A stretch of DNA of 64,000 bases from positions 682,001 to 746,000 of the forward strand of contig MU008162.1 of assembly GCA_010909165.1 (NCBI GenBank), in the 5' to 3' direction. The position numbers and the translations under genes are program-made. Below, one piece after another: positions 53,909-64,000 of the stretch. How positions within the stretch are numbered: the first letter of the stretch is position 1; each line of letters begins with the position of its first letter. Under the pieces are notes generated by a model. That model saw only the letters and a program-made list of their open reading frames with translations, made no database searches and was not told the origin of the DNA. Origin of the DNA: Anthoceros angustus (lineage: Eukaryota; Plantae; Anthocerotophyta).

Positions 53909-55855
53909 ATGGAGGCGACCAGGATGGAGCTGCACGGGCTGGTGCACAGGACGGATGAGATTCGGACGGCTTTGCGGGAGCCGGATACGCGGAAGCAGGA
54001 ATGCGAGAATCTGAGTAAGCAGCTGGGCATGCTGAGGGAGCTGCTGCTGAGCGCAGCTCGGACGAGTGGGCTGTATGAGAGGCCCACCAAGAGGATTATT
54101 CTGGGTGTGGAGAAGTCTTTGGAGAAGGCTCTGGCTCTGGCCAAGAAGTGCAAGAAGAGCGGCTTCGTGAGGAAAGTGATCATCATGGCCTCGGCCACGG
54201 ACTTCAAGAGGGTGACCCCCATGATCGAGAGCTCAATTGGGGACCTCAGGTGGCTGCTCAGTGTGTCTGCTAGTGGAGATGAGCGGTCGGAGTATGTTGG
54301 GTTGCCGCCTGTGGTGGCCACGGATCCTACTCTGTGTTTCGTATGGGAGCACGTGGCCCGTGTACAGTCAGGGATGGCGGAGATCAGGGCTGATGGTGCT
54401 GATGATCTGGCCACTTGGGCTCGTGATAATGATCGGAATGGGAAGATGATCATCGAGGAAGGAGGCCTGCCTCCGCTTCTCAAGATGTTGCGGCATGGGA
54501 CTGCAGCAGAGCAGGAGAATGCAGGCAGGGCTCTTGGGGTGCTTGCCAGGGACGAACAGCGGGTGCAGGAAATGATCAAGGACGGAGCAATTCCGGTGTT
54601 TCTGCACGTGCTCAACGATGGGCAGATGAAGGTGCAGATTGAGGTTGCCCGGGCTTTGGCTCAGATGGCTTCTTACAGTCGGGATGCTCAGAATAGTTTT
54701 GCAAGCAATGGTGCTATTCGGTTGTTGGTGGCTTTGCTTGCCCATGACACTGTAGAAGAGCCCTCTAAGAACAACAAGGTTTCTATGCACACCGTGGTCA
54801 CCTCCAGGTTGGCTAAAAAGGGGGTTGGAGGAAGGGATGCTCACTCGCTCAAACCGTCGGATCATGAAGGCGTAGGAGAGACTGGGTTGAGCCATGGCTT
54901 GAATCACGAGGTGCTGGATGTCGTCAAAGTCTCTCCGGAGAGGTTGGATGCTCCAGTGAAGCCCTCTGGTGTTGCGGGTGTCAAATCTGCCTTTTCCGGG
55001 CCAGGTTCTGGTGGAGGCGGCTCACTGTGGGGTGCAGGAGAGAATGGTAGAGTTGGACATCAGCGGCAGGCAAGCCGAAAAGACAGGGACAAGGAGGACC
55101 CTGAGGTTAAAGCGAAGCTCAAGGCGGTAGTTGCCAAAGCTCTGTGGATGATGGCCAAAGACAACGTGGCCAACTGCAAGAGCATTACGGATACCAGGGC
55201 TTTGTTATGCTTTGCCAAACTGATAGAGAAAGGGGAGGGTGAGGTGCAGATAAACTCAGTCCAGGCAGTCATGGAGATAGCTATAGCCGCTGAGATAGAT
55301 CCAGACCTGAAGAGGGCAGCTTTCAAGACTAACTCCCCTGCTGCTAAGGCTATAGTTCAACAACTGCTTCGTGTAATTCAAGAAGGAGAAGCTGATTTAC
55401 AGGTGCCTTGTTTGAAATCCATCGGCTGCCTGGCCAGGATATTTCCAGCTGCAACGAACGTCATCAAACCTCTTGCTGCCCAGCTTTCCAACAGGGATTA
55501 TCCATCGGTAGCAGCGGCAGCAGCGGCAGCACTTATCAAGTTCGTAGACAAAGATAACTATTTGAAGGTCGAGCATTCCAAATCAATCATCGTAAGCTCC
55601 GGGGTCTCTCCAATTGTGCAGCTTGTTTCTTTTGGTGAACCTGAAGCACAGTTTTATGCTTTGCAACTGTTGTGCTATCTGGCGATCAATGTGGGAGACA
55701 GTGAATCACTCGATAAAGCTCTGCCAGCACTACGCGTTTCCAGGGACGGGAAGTCTTTAGACTCCTCGATGAAGACTCTTATCTCAGAAGCCATACAGTG
55801 CCTGGAGCTGTATCAGGCAGGGACTGAGAAACATGATATGCACGGATTTTACTAG
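53909..55855 (+). CDS. ARO: ARMADILLO REPEAT ONLY (ARO)-like protein, intronless
   Basis: LYERPTKRII, SIGDLRWLLSVSA, IIEEGGLPPLLK, CKSITDTRALLCFAKLIEKG, KSIGCLARIFPA, and C-terminal LELYQ. Confidence 0.88.
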   Translation: MEATRMELHGLVHRTDEIRTALREPDTRKQECENLSKQLGMLRELLLSAARTSGLYERPTKRIILGVEKSLEKALALAKKCKKSGFVRKVIIMASATDFKRVTPMIESSIGDLRWLLSVSASGDERSEYVGLPPVVATDPTLCFVWEHVARVQSGMAEIRADGADDLATWARDNDRNGKMIIEEGGLPPLLKMLRHGTAAEQENAGRALGVLARDEQRVQEMIKDGAIPVFLHVLNDGQMKVQIEVARALAQMASYSRDAQNSFASNGAIRLLVALLAHDTVEEPSKNNKVSMHTVVTSRLAKKGVGGRDAHSLKPSDHEGVGETGLSHGLNHEVLDVVKVSPERLDAPVKPSGVAGVKSAFSGPGSGGGGSLWGAGENGRVGHQRQASRKDRDKEDPEVKAKLKAVVAKALWMMAKDNVANCKSITDTRALLCFAKLIEKGEGEVQINSVQAVMEIAIAAEIDPDLKRAAFKTNSPAAKAIVQQLLRVIQEGEADLQVPCLKSIGCLARIFPAATNVIKPLAAQLSNRDYPSVAAAAAAALIKFVDKDNYLKVEHSKSIIVSSGVSPIVQLVSFGEPEAQFYALQLLCYLAINVGDSESLDKALPALRVSRDGKSLDSSMKTLISEAIQCLELYQAGTEKHDMHGFY

Positions 55856-56224
55856 GAGCCACCAGCTGCTTGTGATTTGTCTCTTCCGCAGAGTCTCTTC
55901 CATCTCGCCAAGGCTTTGCCAGAAGTTGTGTAGGAGGAAATGAATTGAGAGGGTTGCATGCAGCATATCGAGCTCTTCTAGAACTTTCCAGAGCATCATC
56001 TCAGACTTGTATCACATTGACTTGCGATATTTGTCGTGATTGTAATCTACATACTTTGTGTAGTTTTCAAAAGAACGGCCTTTCACAGAGCTGTGTTTGA
56101 ACTTGAGAACTTGGCTCGCTCCAAGACAGCGTTGCCTTCTATATGCACCAACGTCAAAGCTAGGAAGCAACACGACAGCTGCCAGCACAACCTAAAAGCT
56201 GCCAGCACAACCTAAAAGGAGTTT

Positions 56225-56530
56225 CTAGGCAACGGGTTTTCATCGCCCTGCAATGAGTATTGGCCAGTGCCTTTCATCGCCCTCCAAAGGTGTTGGCCAG
56301 GGCGTTTCATCGTCCTTAGCAGGGCGTTGGCCAACGCTATCTTTAGGACGATCACGAGTGCTGGAGACGCGGCATCCTTTCATCGCCCTGCAAAGGGCGT
56401 TGGCCAGTGCCATCTTTAAAATAATCACGAATGCTGGCATCAGCTTACCGATGGTAAGTAGGTCCTTTCATATCTCGGACGCGACATCTTAAGAGCATAG
56501 GTCCTTCCATATCTCGGACGGTAACATCTT
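56225..56530 (+). repeat. Degenerate short tandem repeats, probably a TE remnant
   Basis: TTTCATCGCCCT(G/C)CAA...GTTGGCCAG occurs about 4 times and TAGGTCCTT(T/C)CATATCTCGGACG twice. A 20-bp tandem AGCTGCCAGCACAACCTAAA lies just upstream. Confidence 0.7.
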
Positions 56531-57507
56531 GGAGGCGTTTGGGGGTTCCAGTGTAGATTAGTGCGGGCATGCCCCCCTAGCCTGGTGCCCCGTCATGGGT
56601 TGTCCCCTTTCCTGAATGTCCCATTTCTTTTTTTTATGAAGTCTCTACATTTCTCAAGGAGTTTGCCTTCCAAAGACACAACAGGCAAGAAGGGACTCCA
56701 TTTCAATAATGCAATATAGGACGCATAACAAGCTGGAGTTTCCAATTTCAAAGAAACATGAGCAACCCAAACCTTTCACGAATGTTTTGGACAAGAAGGG
56801 AATAATTGATAGAAAAAATTTTCAATGATTTTCGTAACGAGCCTTTTAGTAAATGAAAGCGAGAGAGCAATTTCAGAAAAGCTTTTATGGAGTGTATCAC
56901 ATAAATAATAAATATATAATAAATGTAGAAGGAAAAAACAACGAGCATATCATCAGAGAATTATTCGTAGGTTTATTAACGTATATTTATTTGGCATAAG
57001 GTTATGCATGTGAAACTGGAACATCATTTTAATGACAATAACTTCAATTTTTTATTTTAAATAAAAATGAGCAAAGAGACGGAATGTGCTGAGTTGTCAT
57101 GCCATCATAAGGCACGCGTAAGAAACTCAAAAACGTTCTTTACGTTGTAAAAAAAGAATGAATTAATAAAAACATCTTATGGTCAAAAGTGGAAATCGAT
57201 AGAAGATGAAAGTGGTCGGCTTATGATCAACACCTTGTTAGCTAAATTTACGCTACAATGCTGAAGCTTTTTGTCAATCACCTCATCCACTTGACGAAAT
57301 ATCTGCGTGAAAGGCAAAATTGTATGATCTAAACTCTAAAGCCTCAAAAAAATGGCTGGCCGAAGACTGCACTCCAGTCGCTCTACGAGCTTGACTTCGT
57401 GTACAGTTTAACTTGTTAGTTGAGGTCTCCCATTTGGCTATGATAGCCTGGAAGAGCATTAAGCCTCCTCAACGCTCCCCTGGGTACACGAGGCAGAGTC
57501 TGACCGT

Positions 57508-59094
57508 TCAGCTCGTTTTTTGAACGTGATGGGATGTTGCAACATTTGTCAATCTCCCTCCCATGAAAAGTGGTGTGTACGAGTGAAAGATAACGAGGGC
57601 CACCAACACCGAAACGTTAGCAGCAAAGAAGAGAATGCTGGCGATCCAAAGAGGGAAGAAGACGTTCCTGCCCTTGAACTCCAACAAATAGGCCCACGCT
57701 AGCCAATGCAGCTGTGTGAAGAGCCAGAAACCGCCACATAGAGCTCCCCCCAATCTTAGCCTGGTCATAGGTAAAATCAAAGGCAAAAGGCAGAAGAACC
57801 AGATGAAGTACTGAGCTGTAATGACCTGCACAAGGACAGATCAACTGTGTCATTCTCAAAAGAGGCCACGTTCAAAACAGATACAGGTCAAAGAGACAAC
57901 CAGTTTGTCATACCTTGTTGAAGGCCACGAAAGCAACAGTCTGTGCAAAGATGCAGAAAGGTAGATCCTTGGCAAAGCTTACAGCCAGGACCAGTTGCAC
58001 CGATATCTGTGGTATGAAGGACAGCAGCCGTTCTAGAACAGTGAAGCCCACGTCATAGTGAAGGTAGATGTGGTAGAAGTAGATGGAAAAGTTATGTCTT
58101 GGATCCGTCCGTGTCAAGTGGTATAACAGAGCTTCGTGCAGAAACTGTCGCCCATACAGCCCATAGGAGACACCAGTTAAAAGGAAGAAGACTCCACCCG
58201 ACACAAGCCCGAAGATCAACCTTTCCCTTGTGATCAGCAGCGCCATGATCCTTGACACTGCCCCAGAGGTTCTCCCACCCTCCGCCGCAGCATGGTTTCC
58301 CTTTGCCACTTTACCATGGTATTGTTCATCAAGAAGGATCAAGATGGATGGAGCATAGATAATTGGGTAGATCCTGAAATGCACAATGATGCCATACCAC
58401 ACGGCAGCCTGTACCACCCGACCTGTAAACAACCACCCCTCAGATGCAGAACAAGATTGCTCACAAACCCAGGCCCCTGCACCAGCACCAGAGACATCCT
58501 ACCTTTCATAAGACAAATGAGCAGTACGAGCAGGACGGCAGACACAAGAGCCTCGCAGTTCCCCCGAGTGGCCACAGCAAAGGTGAAGGGGTTGAAGAGC
58601 CATGCTGCAGCACAAGCCTCCGCCAGCTTCCTGGAGAATCCCCGAAGCCGGACGCAGTCCCGGATCAGCACACCCACCAGCAGATCTGCATGACCACACA
58701 ACGGTCTTATCCTTCAGCTTCTCCACCCTGCTAGAATGCCTGCACCGTTCACCACTGTGCTTCATTAGAAACACAACCTCTCCCGGAGCTCTGGATCGAG
58801 GGACTCACCACCCGAGGCGAACAACACCTTGCCCCAGCACCGATGCAACCAAGAATTGGGCAGCAGAATCAAAGCCAGCAAGGGGGAGTAGCGGTACGTG
58901 TCTCTCAGAAACGGGGACTTCCCGGCTGCCATGAGTCCAGCTGCATCGGAGAAGACCGTGTAGTCGATGTCCGTGTAGGGAACCTCCATATGAGCGTCGT
59001 GCCATTCTCCATACCAGATCAACGCGACACGCAACAGTCCTGCTGCCCAGAGCACACCTCCAGGTGGAAGCCTTCCCCATTTCATTTCCGTCAT
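57508..59094 (-). CDS. PIGM: GPI mannosyltransferase I (PIG-M / PEANUT1-like), multi-exon
   Basis: [86 protein letters not shown]. Confidence 0.95.
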
Positions 59095-59334
59095 CCCTGC
59101 GTGGCCAGATATATCTGGACTGACACGCTCTCATCAGCGTGTCACTTTTCTTTTCAGTTTTCACAAGCTAGGGATCCGCGATTCCGTTTCCAGAAGGCGG
59201 ACCGGGCTCGATCTTTTCCTCCAGGTACGTCTTCCCAGCGGGTGCCACGCCGGGATCGCAGAACCCTAGCGTAGGGGCCTGGTCTGACTGTCTGACTAGT
59301 TGCTTGGAATTGTGATTTCCCACAGGTGCTCGCA

Positions 59335-59979
59335 ATGGCAGCTCTCAGAGCTCTATGGAACAGCCCGGTGGGACCTCGAACCACGCATTTCTGGGGTCCG
59401 GTTGCGAATTGGGGATTTGTTGCCGCAGTAAGTGCTTCGGGGATCCGGTTTCATGCTGGATTCCGTCTGAGGTCGAGTCCATTCGGTGCTTCATTCTGAG
59501 TTTCTTTGAACGAAGCTCCTTCTCGGTTTTTTGTGGAGGTGTCTCATGCCAGTTGCTTAAATTCAGGGTTTTGCGGACATGAGCAAGCCACCTGAGATGA
59601 TCTCAGGCAACATGACTGGAGGTAGGTGTTCATATGCCTGCCTCATTGGTGCTCACAGTTTCTAGCCAGGCCATCCTTTGCTTTGGAGCTCATGCAGCTG
59701 GTTGTATGGCTCTTCCGTGGCAGCTATGTGCGTGTACTCTGCTCTGTTTATGAGATTTGCTTGGATGGTGCAACCACGGAACTACCTTCTCCTGAGCTGC
59801 CATGCTGCGAATGAGACAGTCCAAGGCTACCAGTTCTCTCGATGGGCCAAACACGAGTAATTTTCACACCCTGGTGGTAGGGCCGTTGCTCCTTGTAGGG
59901 TAATACGGGGAATCGTTCTTACGTGTTTGTTTGATGTTGTAGGTTCGGATCCAAAGAGCCTGCCACCACTAGTAGCTAG
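59335..59979 (+). CDS. MPC1: Mitochondrial pyruvate carrier, MPC1-like (copy b), 4 exons
   Basis: MAALRALWNSPVGPRTTHFWGPVANWGFVAA / GFADMSKPPEMISGNMTG / MCVYSALFMRFAWMVQPRNYLLLSCHAANE / EFGSKEPATTSS*. Confidence 0.92.
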
Positions 59980-60099
59980 TGCTCCAAGACTCCGACACTG
60001 GTTTCCGGGGGGTCAGAATTTCATCAGCAAGCTCGGTTTTGCAAATCTGGTGGCAGCTAGAGATAGCAGTTTCTTGTAAATTACCCCATTATTCAAAGC

Positions 60100-63000
60100 A
60101 GAAACTGTTCAGGATCCGTTTATCAGTCTGGTGACTTGTCAACGAATTATTCACCATTTCTAACCATGCCACAGTTATGTGCTCCAATGCGATACTATTC
60201 TCCTGCAGGTCTATTATTGAGAAGGTGATTATCCTGCCTCTTTTCTCTTCCCTCCTTGAGGTTTCTCCTCCTCCCCAACGTTGGGGCTTCAAGAGCCGTT
60301 CCTAAAGAAGCATGATGGGTAGACGACGTCAGGGCTTTAAGAGCGGCTCCTGAAGAAGCATTATGGGTAGACAGGCTTCAAGACCCGCTCTTGCATTATG
60401 GGTAGGCTTCAAGAGCCGCTCCTGCATTATGGGTAGATAGGCTTCAAGAGCCGCTCCTGCATTATGGGTAGATAGGCTTCAAGAGCCGCTCCTGCATTAT
60501 GGATAGATAGGCTTGGGTAGATAGGCTTCAAGAGTCGCCCGCTCCTGCATTATGGATAGATAGGCTTGGGTAGATAGGCTTTAAGAGTCGCCCGCTCCTG
60601 CATTATGGGTAGACAGGCTTCAAGAGTCGGGTAGACAAGCTTCAAGAGTCGCCCCAAGAGTCGCCCGCTCCTGCATTATGGCTAAACAGGCTTCAAGAGT
60701 CGGGTAGACAGGCTTCAAGAGCCCGCTCCTGCATTATGGGTAGACAGGCTTCAAGAGTAGGGTAGACAGGCTTCAAGAGTCGCCCGCTCCTGCATTATGG
60801 GTAGACAGGTATCAAGAGTCGCTCTTGAAGAAGCATTATGGGTAGACAGGCTTAAGAGTCGCTCTTGAAGAAGCATTGTGGGTAGACAGGCTTAAGAGTC
60901 GCTCTTGAAGAAGCATTATGGGTAGACAGCTCAAAAAGCATTATGAGTAGACAGGCTTCAAGAGTCGCTCCTGAAGAAGCATTATGGGTTTCTAGAAAAG
61001 CTTCATGGGAAGGGTTCAAAAAGCTGAAGAAGCATTATGGGAAGAAGCATTATGGGTAGACAGTTCAAAAAGCATTATGGGTAAACAGTTCAAGAAGCAT
61101 TATGGGTAGACAGTTCACAAAGCATTATTGGTAGACAGTTCAAGAAGCATTATGGCTAGCTAGTTCAAAAAGCATTATGGGTAGACAGTTCAAGAGCCGT
61201 TCCTAAAGAAGCATAATGGGTCATTATGGGTAGACAGATAATGGATCATTATGGGTAGACAGTTTAAGAGCCGCTCCTGAAGAATCAAGAGCCGCTCCTG
61301 AAGAAGCATAATGGGTAGACAGGGTCGCGCCTAAAGAAGCATAATGTGTAGACAGGGTCGCGCCTAAAGAAGCATAATGGGTACACACGGTAGACAGGGC
61401 CGCTCCTAAAGAAGCATTATGGGCAGACAGGCCCGAGCGGCTGGGATGTAGGAACTTCAAGACAGGCCACAGCGGTTGGGATGTGGGGGCTTCAAGAGCC
61501 AATCCTAGATAAGCATTATGGGTAGTTGGGATGCGGCGGCTTTAAGAGCCCATCCTGGATGAGCATTACGGGTAGACACGTCCAAGATGGGGCAATCCCA
61601 GATTAAAAACCGAGAGGCCAAGACGGGGGTAGAGAGAGTCCAGCTCCTAAGGAAGGGCATCTGCATCGAGATCTCCATGGCCAGCAGACCAGTGCCCCCA
61701 AAGGTGACAGGTAGGGATGCTTGCTGCCTCGCCAAACCCCCTGCGGCACACTCGCATGAGCTTAGGCCAATGATGTCCCAAGCGCCTACATAACCTATTT
61801 ATCAAACTTCCCCAAGTTGATAGAAAAACTAGGGAGGGGACAATTGTTCTGGTGAGGTACCCTAACCGACACGCGAAACAGGAAGAAAGGATGTTGAATG
61901 CCACATGAGGGTCCCCTAACTGAGAGAGGTCGCTGATGTGGGCCAAGTTCTCCTCCAAAATAGCATCGACAAAAATTTGAATAATGTCCAGGGGTGCATT
62001 GGTACCCCCGAGATGCGAAGTCCCTGTGCGAAAACAATGTTCTCCCTAGGATATTGAAGAGACCATATCCCAGCGGGGACCAAACCTTGCACTTCAGGAT
62101 CTTGACCCTCAAACCCAGGCGGAATAAACTCTGAGGAGAAGAGTTCAAATACCTCCTTGACCTTGTCTTTTAGTCCTAAGATATGAATGTCATCGCCACG
62201 GACAGGAAGAAACACTCCTCGATCGCGAAGGCAGTAGTAGATAGTGCCCTGAAAGTGCGCCATGACAAAGAGGGCACCTCTAAGAGATCCTCTTGTCTCA
62301 TGGCCATTGCGGAGTAAAGTACGGAAACCCCTTCCATAGATGCCCCATGCTGAAAGTAAAGGTTAGACGGAGAATCGTAGAAAGAGCCAAGAAATGGAAT
62401 AAGACTTGCTAACTGCCCGCCCCGTACTTGAGTTCCGTGAAAATAGCCGTTCTAGAGCCCCCAAAGTGGCAATCCCAAATTGAGTGCGCATGGAACTGCT
62501 CCCGGAGTTAAATGACAATGTCGTAGGCTTATGAGGCACAAGAAACCCTCCCCGATGGCGATAGGGCGCACTCTAGGCAATATTGGCTTTTCCATAGCCA
62601 GTGACCTGCTGGAACCCAACACTTGGGAAATCTGGTGGGGAGTCTCTCCGCTCGCCACGGCCGCCACTAGAATGAAAAGCTCTGAAAAACCTCTAGAAGG
62701 ATTCTCGAGAGAAAAATAATCCGGAAGGTGATCGTAGATTGTCCCAGACAGACCACTCGAAGAAAGCCGTGGTGCAGTGGTAAGGGCCTTGCTGAAGAGC
62801 GTCCTGTCAAGACAAAAAGGCTCCTCCGCCACGTTATCCAGGATATCCTCTGGAATGAGGTCACCTGGCTGGATGAATGGCGCGGAGAGCAGCAACGATC
62901 TCCTCAGAGGCTAGCGCCACCAGCTCCGAGCGACGAGCCCGGGCAGCCCTGACGTATTCCCGAGCACGGCCCAGGATGAGGCACCTCTTAAGACGCGCCT

Positions 63001-63500
63001 TGGCGGGGTCTGAACAGACCTGATCCACCTTAGCCGACTCCAGCCTAGACCTCGCTGCGCGCCCGCCCTGCTTCTATAGGGCCTCCTAGTCCCCGGCCCG
63101 GAATCGACGGAGACGGGCAGCCGCCTCCCTATGCCTTCAAGGACCACCCTTGGAGTGGCGAAGACACCATCGAGGGAGAAAGAGAAACAAAGTCCAAGCC
63201 ACCTCGTCCCCGGGGGTCGAGTGCGAAGCACTCCATGGGAAGCTAGTAGGCAAGGCGAACGTTGTCTTGAAGGCACTTCAGGAGACGCCAGAAAAGGCGG
63301 GGTCCCAGAAAACGCACTTCGTACAAGCGAGCAGGTGATCTGATTGCAAGCGCAACCACTACCATGACTCTGGAGGCAAAGTCCTTGTGCTTGTGCCCAA
63401 TGTGATATTTCAACCCCTTAATCCCATAGCAAAGCTGAGCACAGACCGGGCAAGGAGTATTTTTCATTGTTCCTGAAGGCATGGACTGCACCATTGGGGA
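60100..63500 (-). mobile_element. Degenerate CRE-clade-like non-LTR retrotransposon
   Basis: N-terminal C2H2 finger CPVCAQLCYGIKGLKYHIGHKH. RT motifs LAMEKP..VRPIAIGE and GDDIHILG. Post-RT LGDPHVAFNILSSC..RLGYLTRT and ARQQASLPVTFGGTGL. Many frameshifts. Confidence 0.7.
60287..61530. repeat. Minisatellite array of about 1.2 kb with variable units of about 25-40 bp
   Basis: The core GCATTATGGGTAGACAGGCTTCAAGAG(C/T)CGCTCCT is repeated dozens of times, with blocks of variant units. Confidence 0.95.
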
Positions 63501-63569
63501 GAGCTTAGAAATAACTAATAGCGTGATGCAAGCGCTTAGGACAAAGTGCGAAAAGAATGTAGAGAAAAA

Positions 63570-64000
63570 GAACAACTTAATTTATGTCCGCTTAGAATGA
63601 AAGGAGCATCATGGGACAGAGATAGTACAGCATAAAAGAGGGGGAAAACCGAGTACACATACATACGTTTGAACTAGGTAGACATTAACTGTTTGAGAAG
63701 AGAAAAAGGAGGAAAAAAGAGGAAAAAAAGAAGGCGAAACCAATAAGGAGTCCAACAGAGCCTACCGACGGTCAAAAAGCTCAGAGAGACAGAGTTCAAA
63801 AGAGAGCTTAGGAATATAAAAAGAGAAGAAGATGCGCAAGGAAAAACCAGTAACGAGCTCGAATATCAACATGGGCGGGACAATAGAAGAGGAAATACGA
63901 TTCAGATTCAGAGTCCAAGGAACAGAGCTTGCAAATCCGTTGTTCTTGAGGTGATGCGAGTTTGAGTCAGCAGTTGGTTTCGATCTGATGATGGAAGCTA
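63570..64000 (-). mobile_element. 3' end of a LINE (RTE-X/L2-like C-terminal zinc knuckle) with 3' UTR and tail
   Basis: The minus strand encodes RICKLCSLDSESESYFLFYCPAHVDIRARY, preceded by a FHHQIET-like segment. The tail CTGTCCCATGATG...GCGGACATAAAAT is homologous to 33190-33280. Confidence 0.6.

Noticed and set aside
53314-54615. 433-aa minus-strand ORF
   Set aside because: It is an antisense shadow of the GC-rich ARO coding sequence joined to the COX15 first exon. Only the part from 53595 downward is COX15.
60287-61530. CRISPR-like repeat array
   Set aside because: There are no unique spacers. The units are contiguous, variable in length and derived from LINE sequence, in a eukaryotic context.

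Overview
Gene-dense nuclear DNA from a land plant. Short introns and the PLS-PPR style suggest a Selaginella-like lycophyte (inference). From left to right, the recognisable genes are: 3' end of NCL Na/Ca exchanger (+), PLGG1/LrgB transporter (-), mitochondrial-type ERA GTPase (-), MTP5 CDF transporter (-), gamma-clade RNA-dependent RNA polymerase (-), ORC5 (-), MOCS3/CNX5 (+), membrane-anchored NAC factor (-), subtilase (-), an unannotated 8-exon gene laid out like RAD51AP1 (+), PLS-E PPR (-), F-box (+), an AT-rich intronless Ser/Thr kinase with a dead duplicate (+), subtilase pseudogene (+), MPC1-like (-), COX15 (-), ARO armadillo protein (+), PIG-M (-) and a second MPC1-like (+). Repeat and TE islands lie at about 26.9-28.4, 31.8-33.5, 41.7-47.0, 56.2-57.3 and 60.1-64 kb. 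They include a solo LTR with TSD, an LTR with a PBS-like sequence, a structured SINE-like family sharing a LINE 3' tail, and a CRE-type LINE relic whose coding sequence has expanded into a 1.2-kb minisatellite. The most notable items are the RAD51AP1-like gene, the RDR-gamma with a DLDGD motif, the LINE-derived minisatellite, the SINE/LINE tail family, the AT-rich kinase island and several miRNA-sized hairpins. All family assignments are from remembered motifs; no database search was run.
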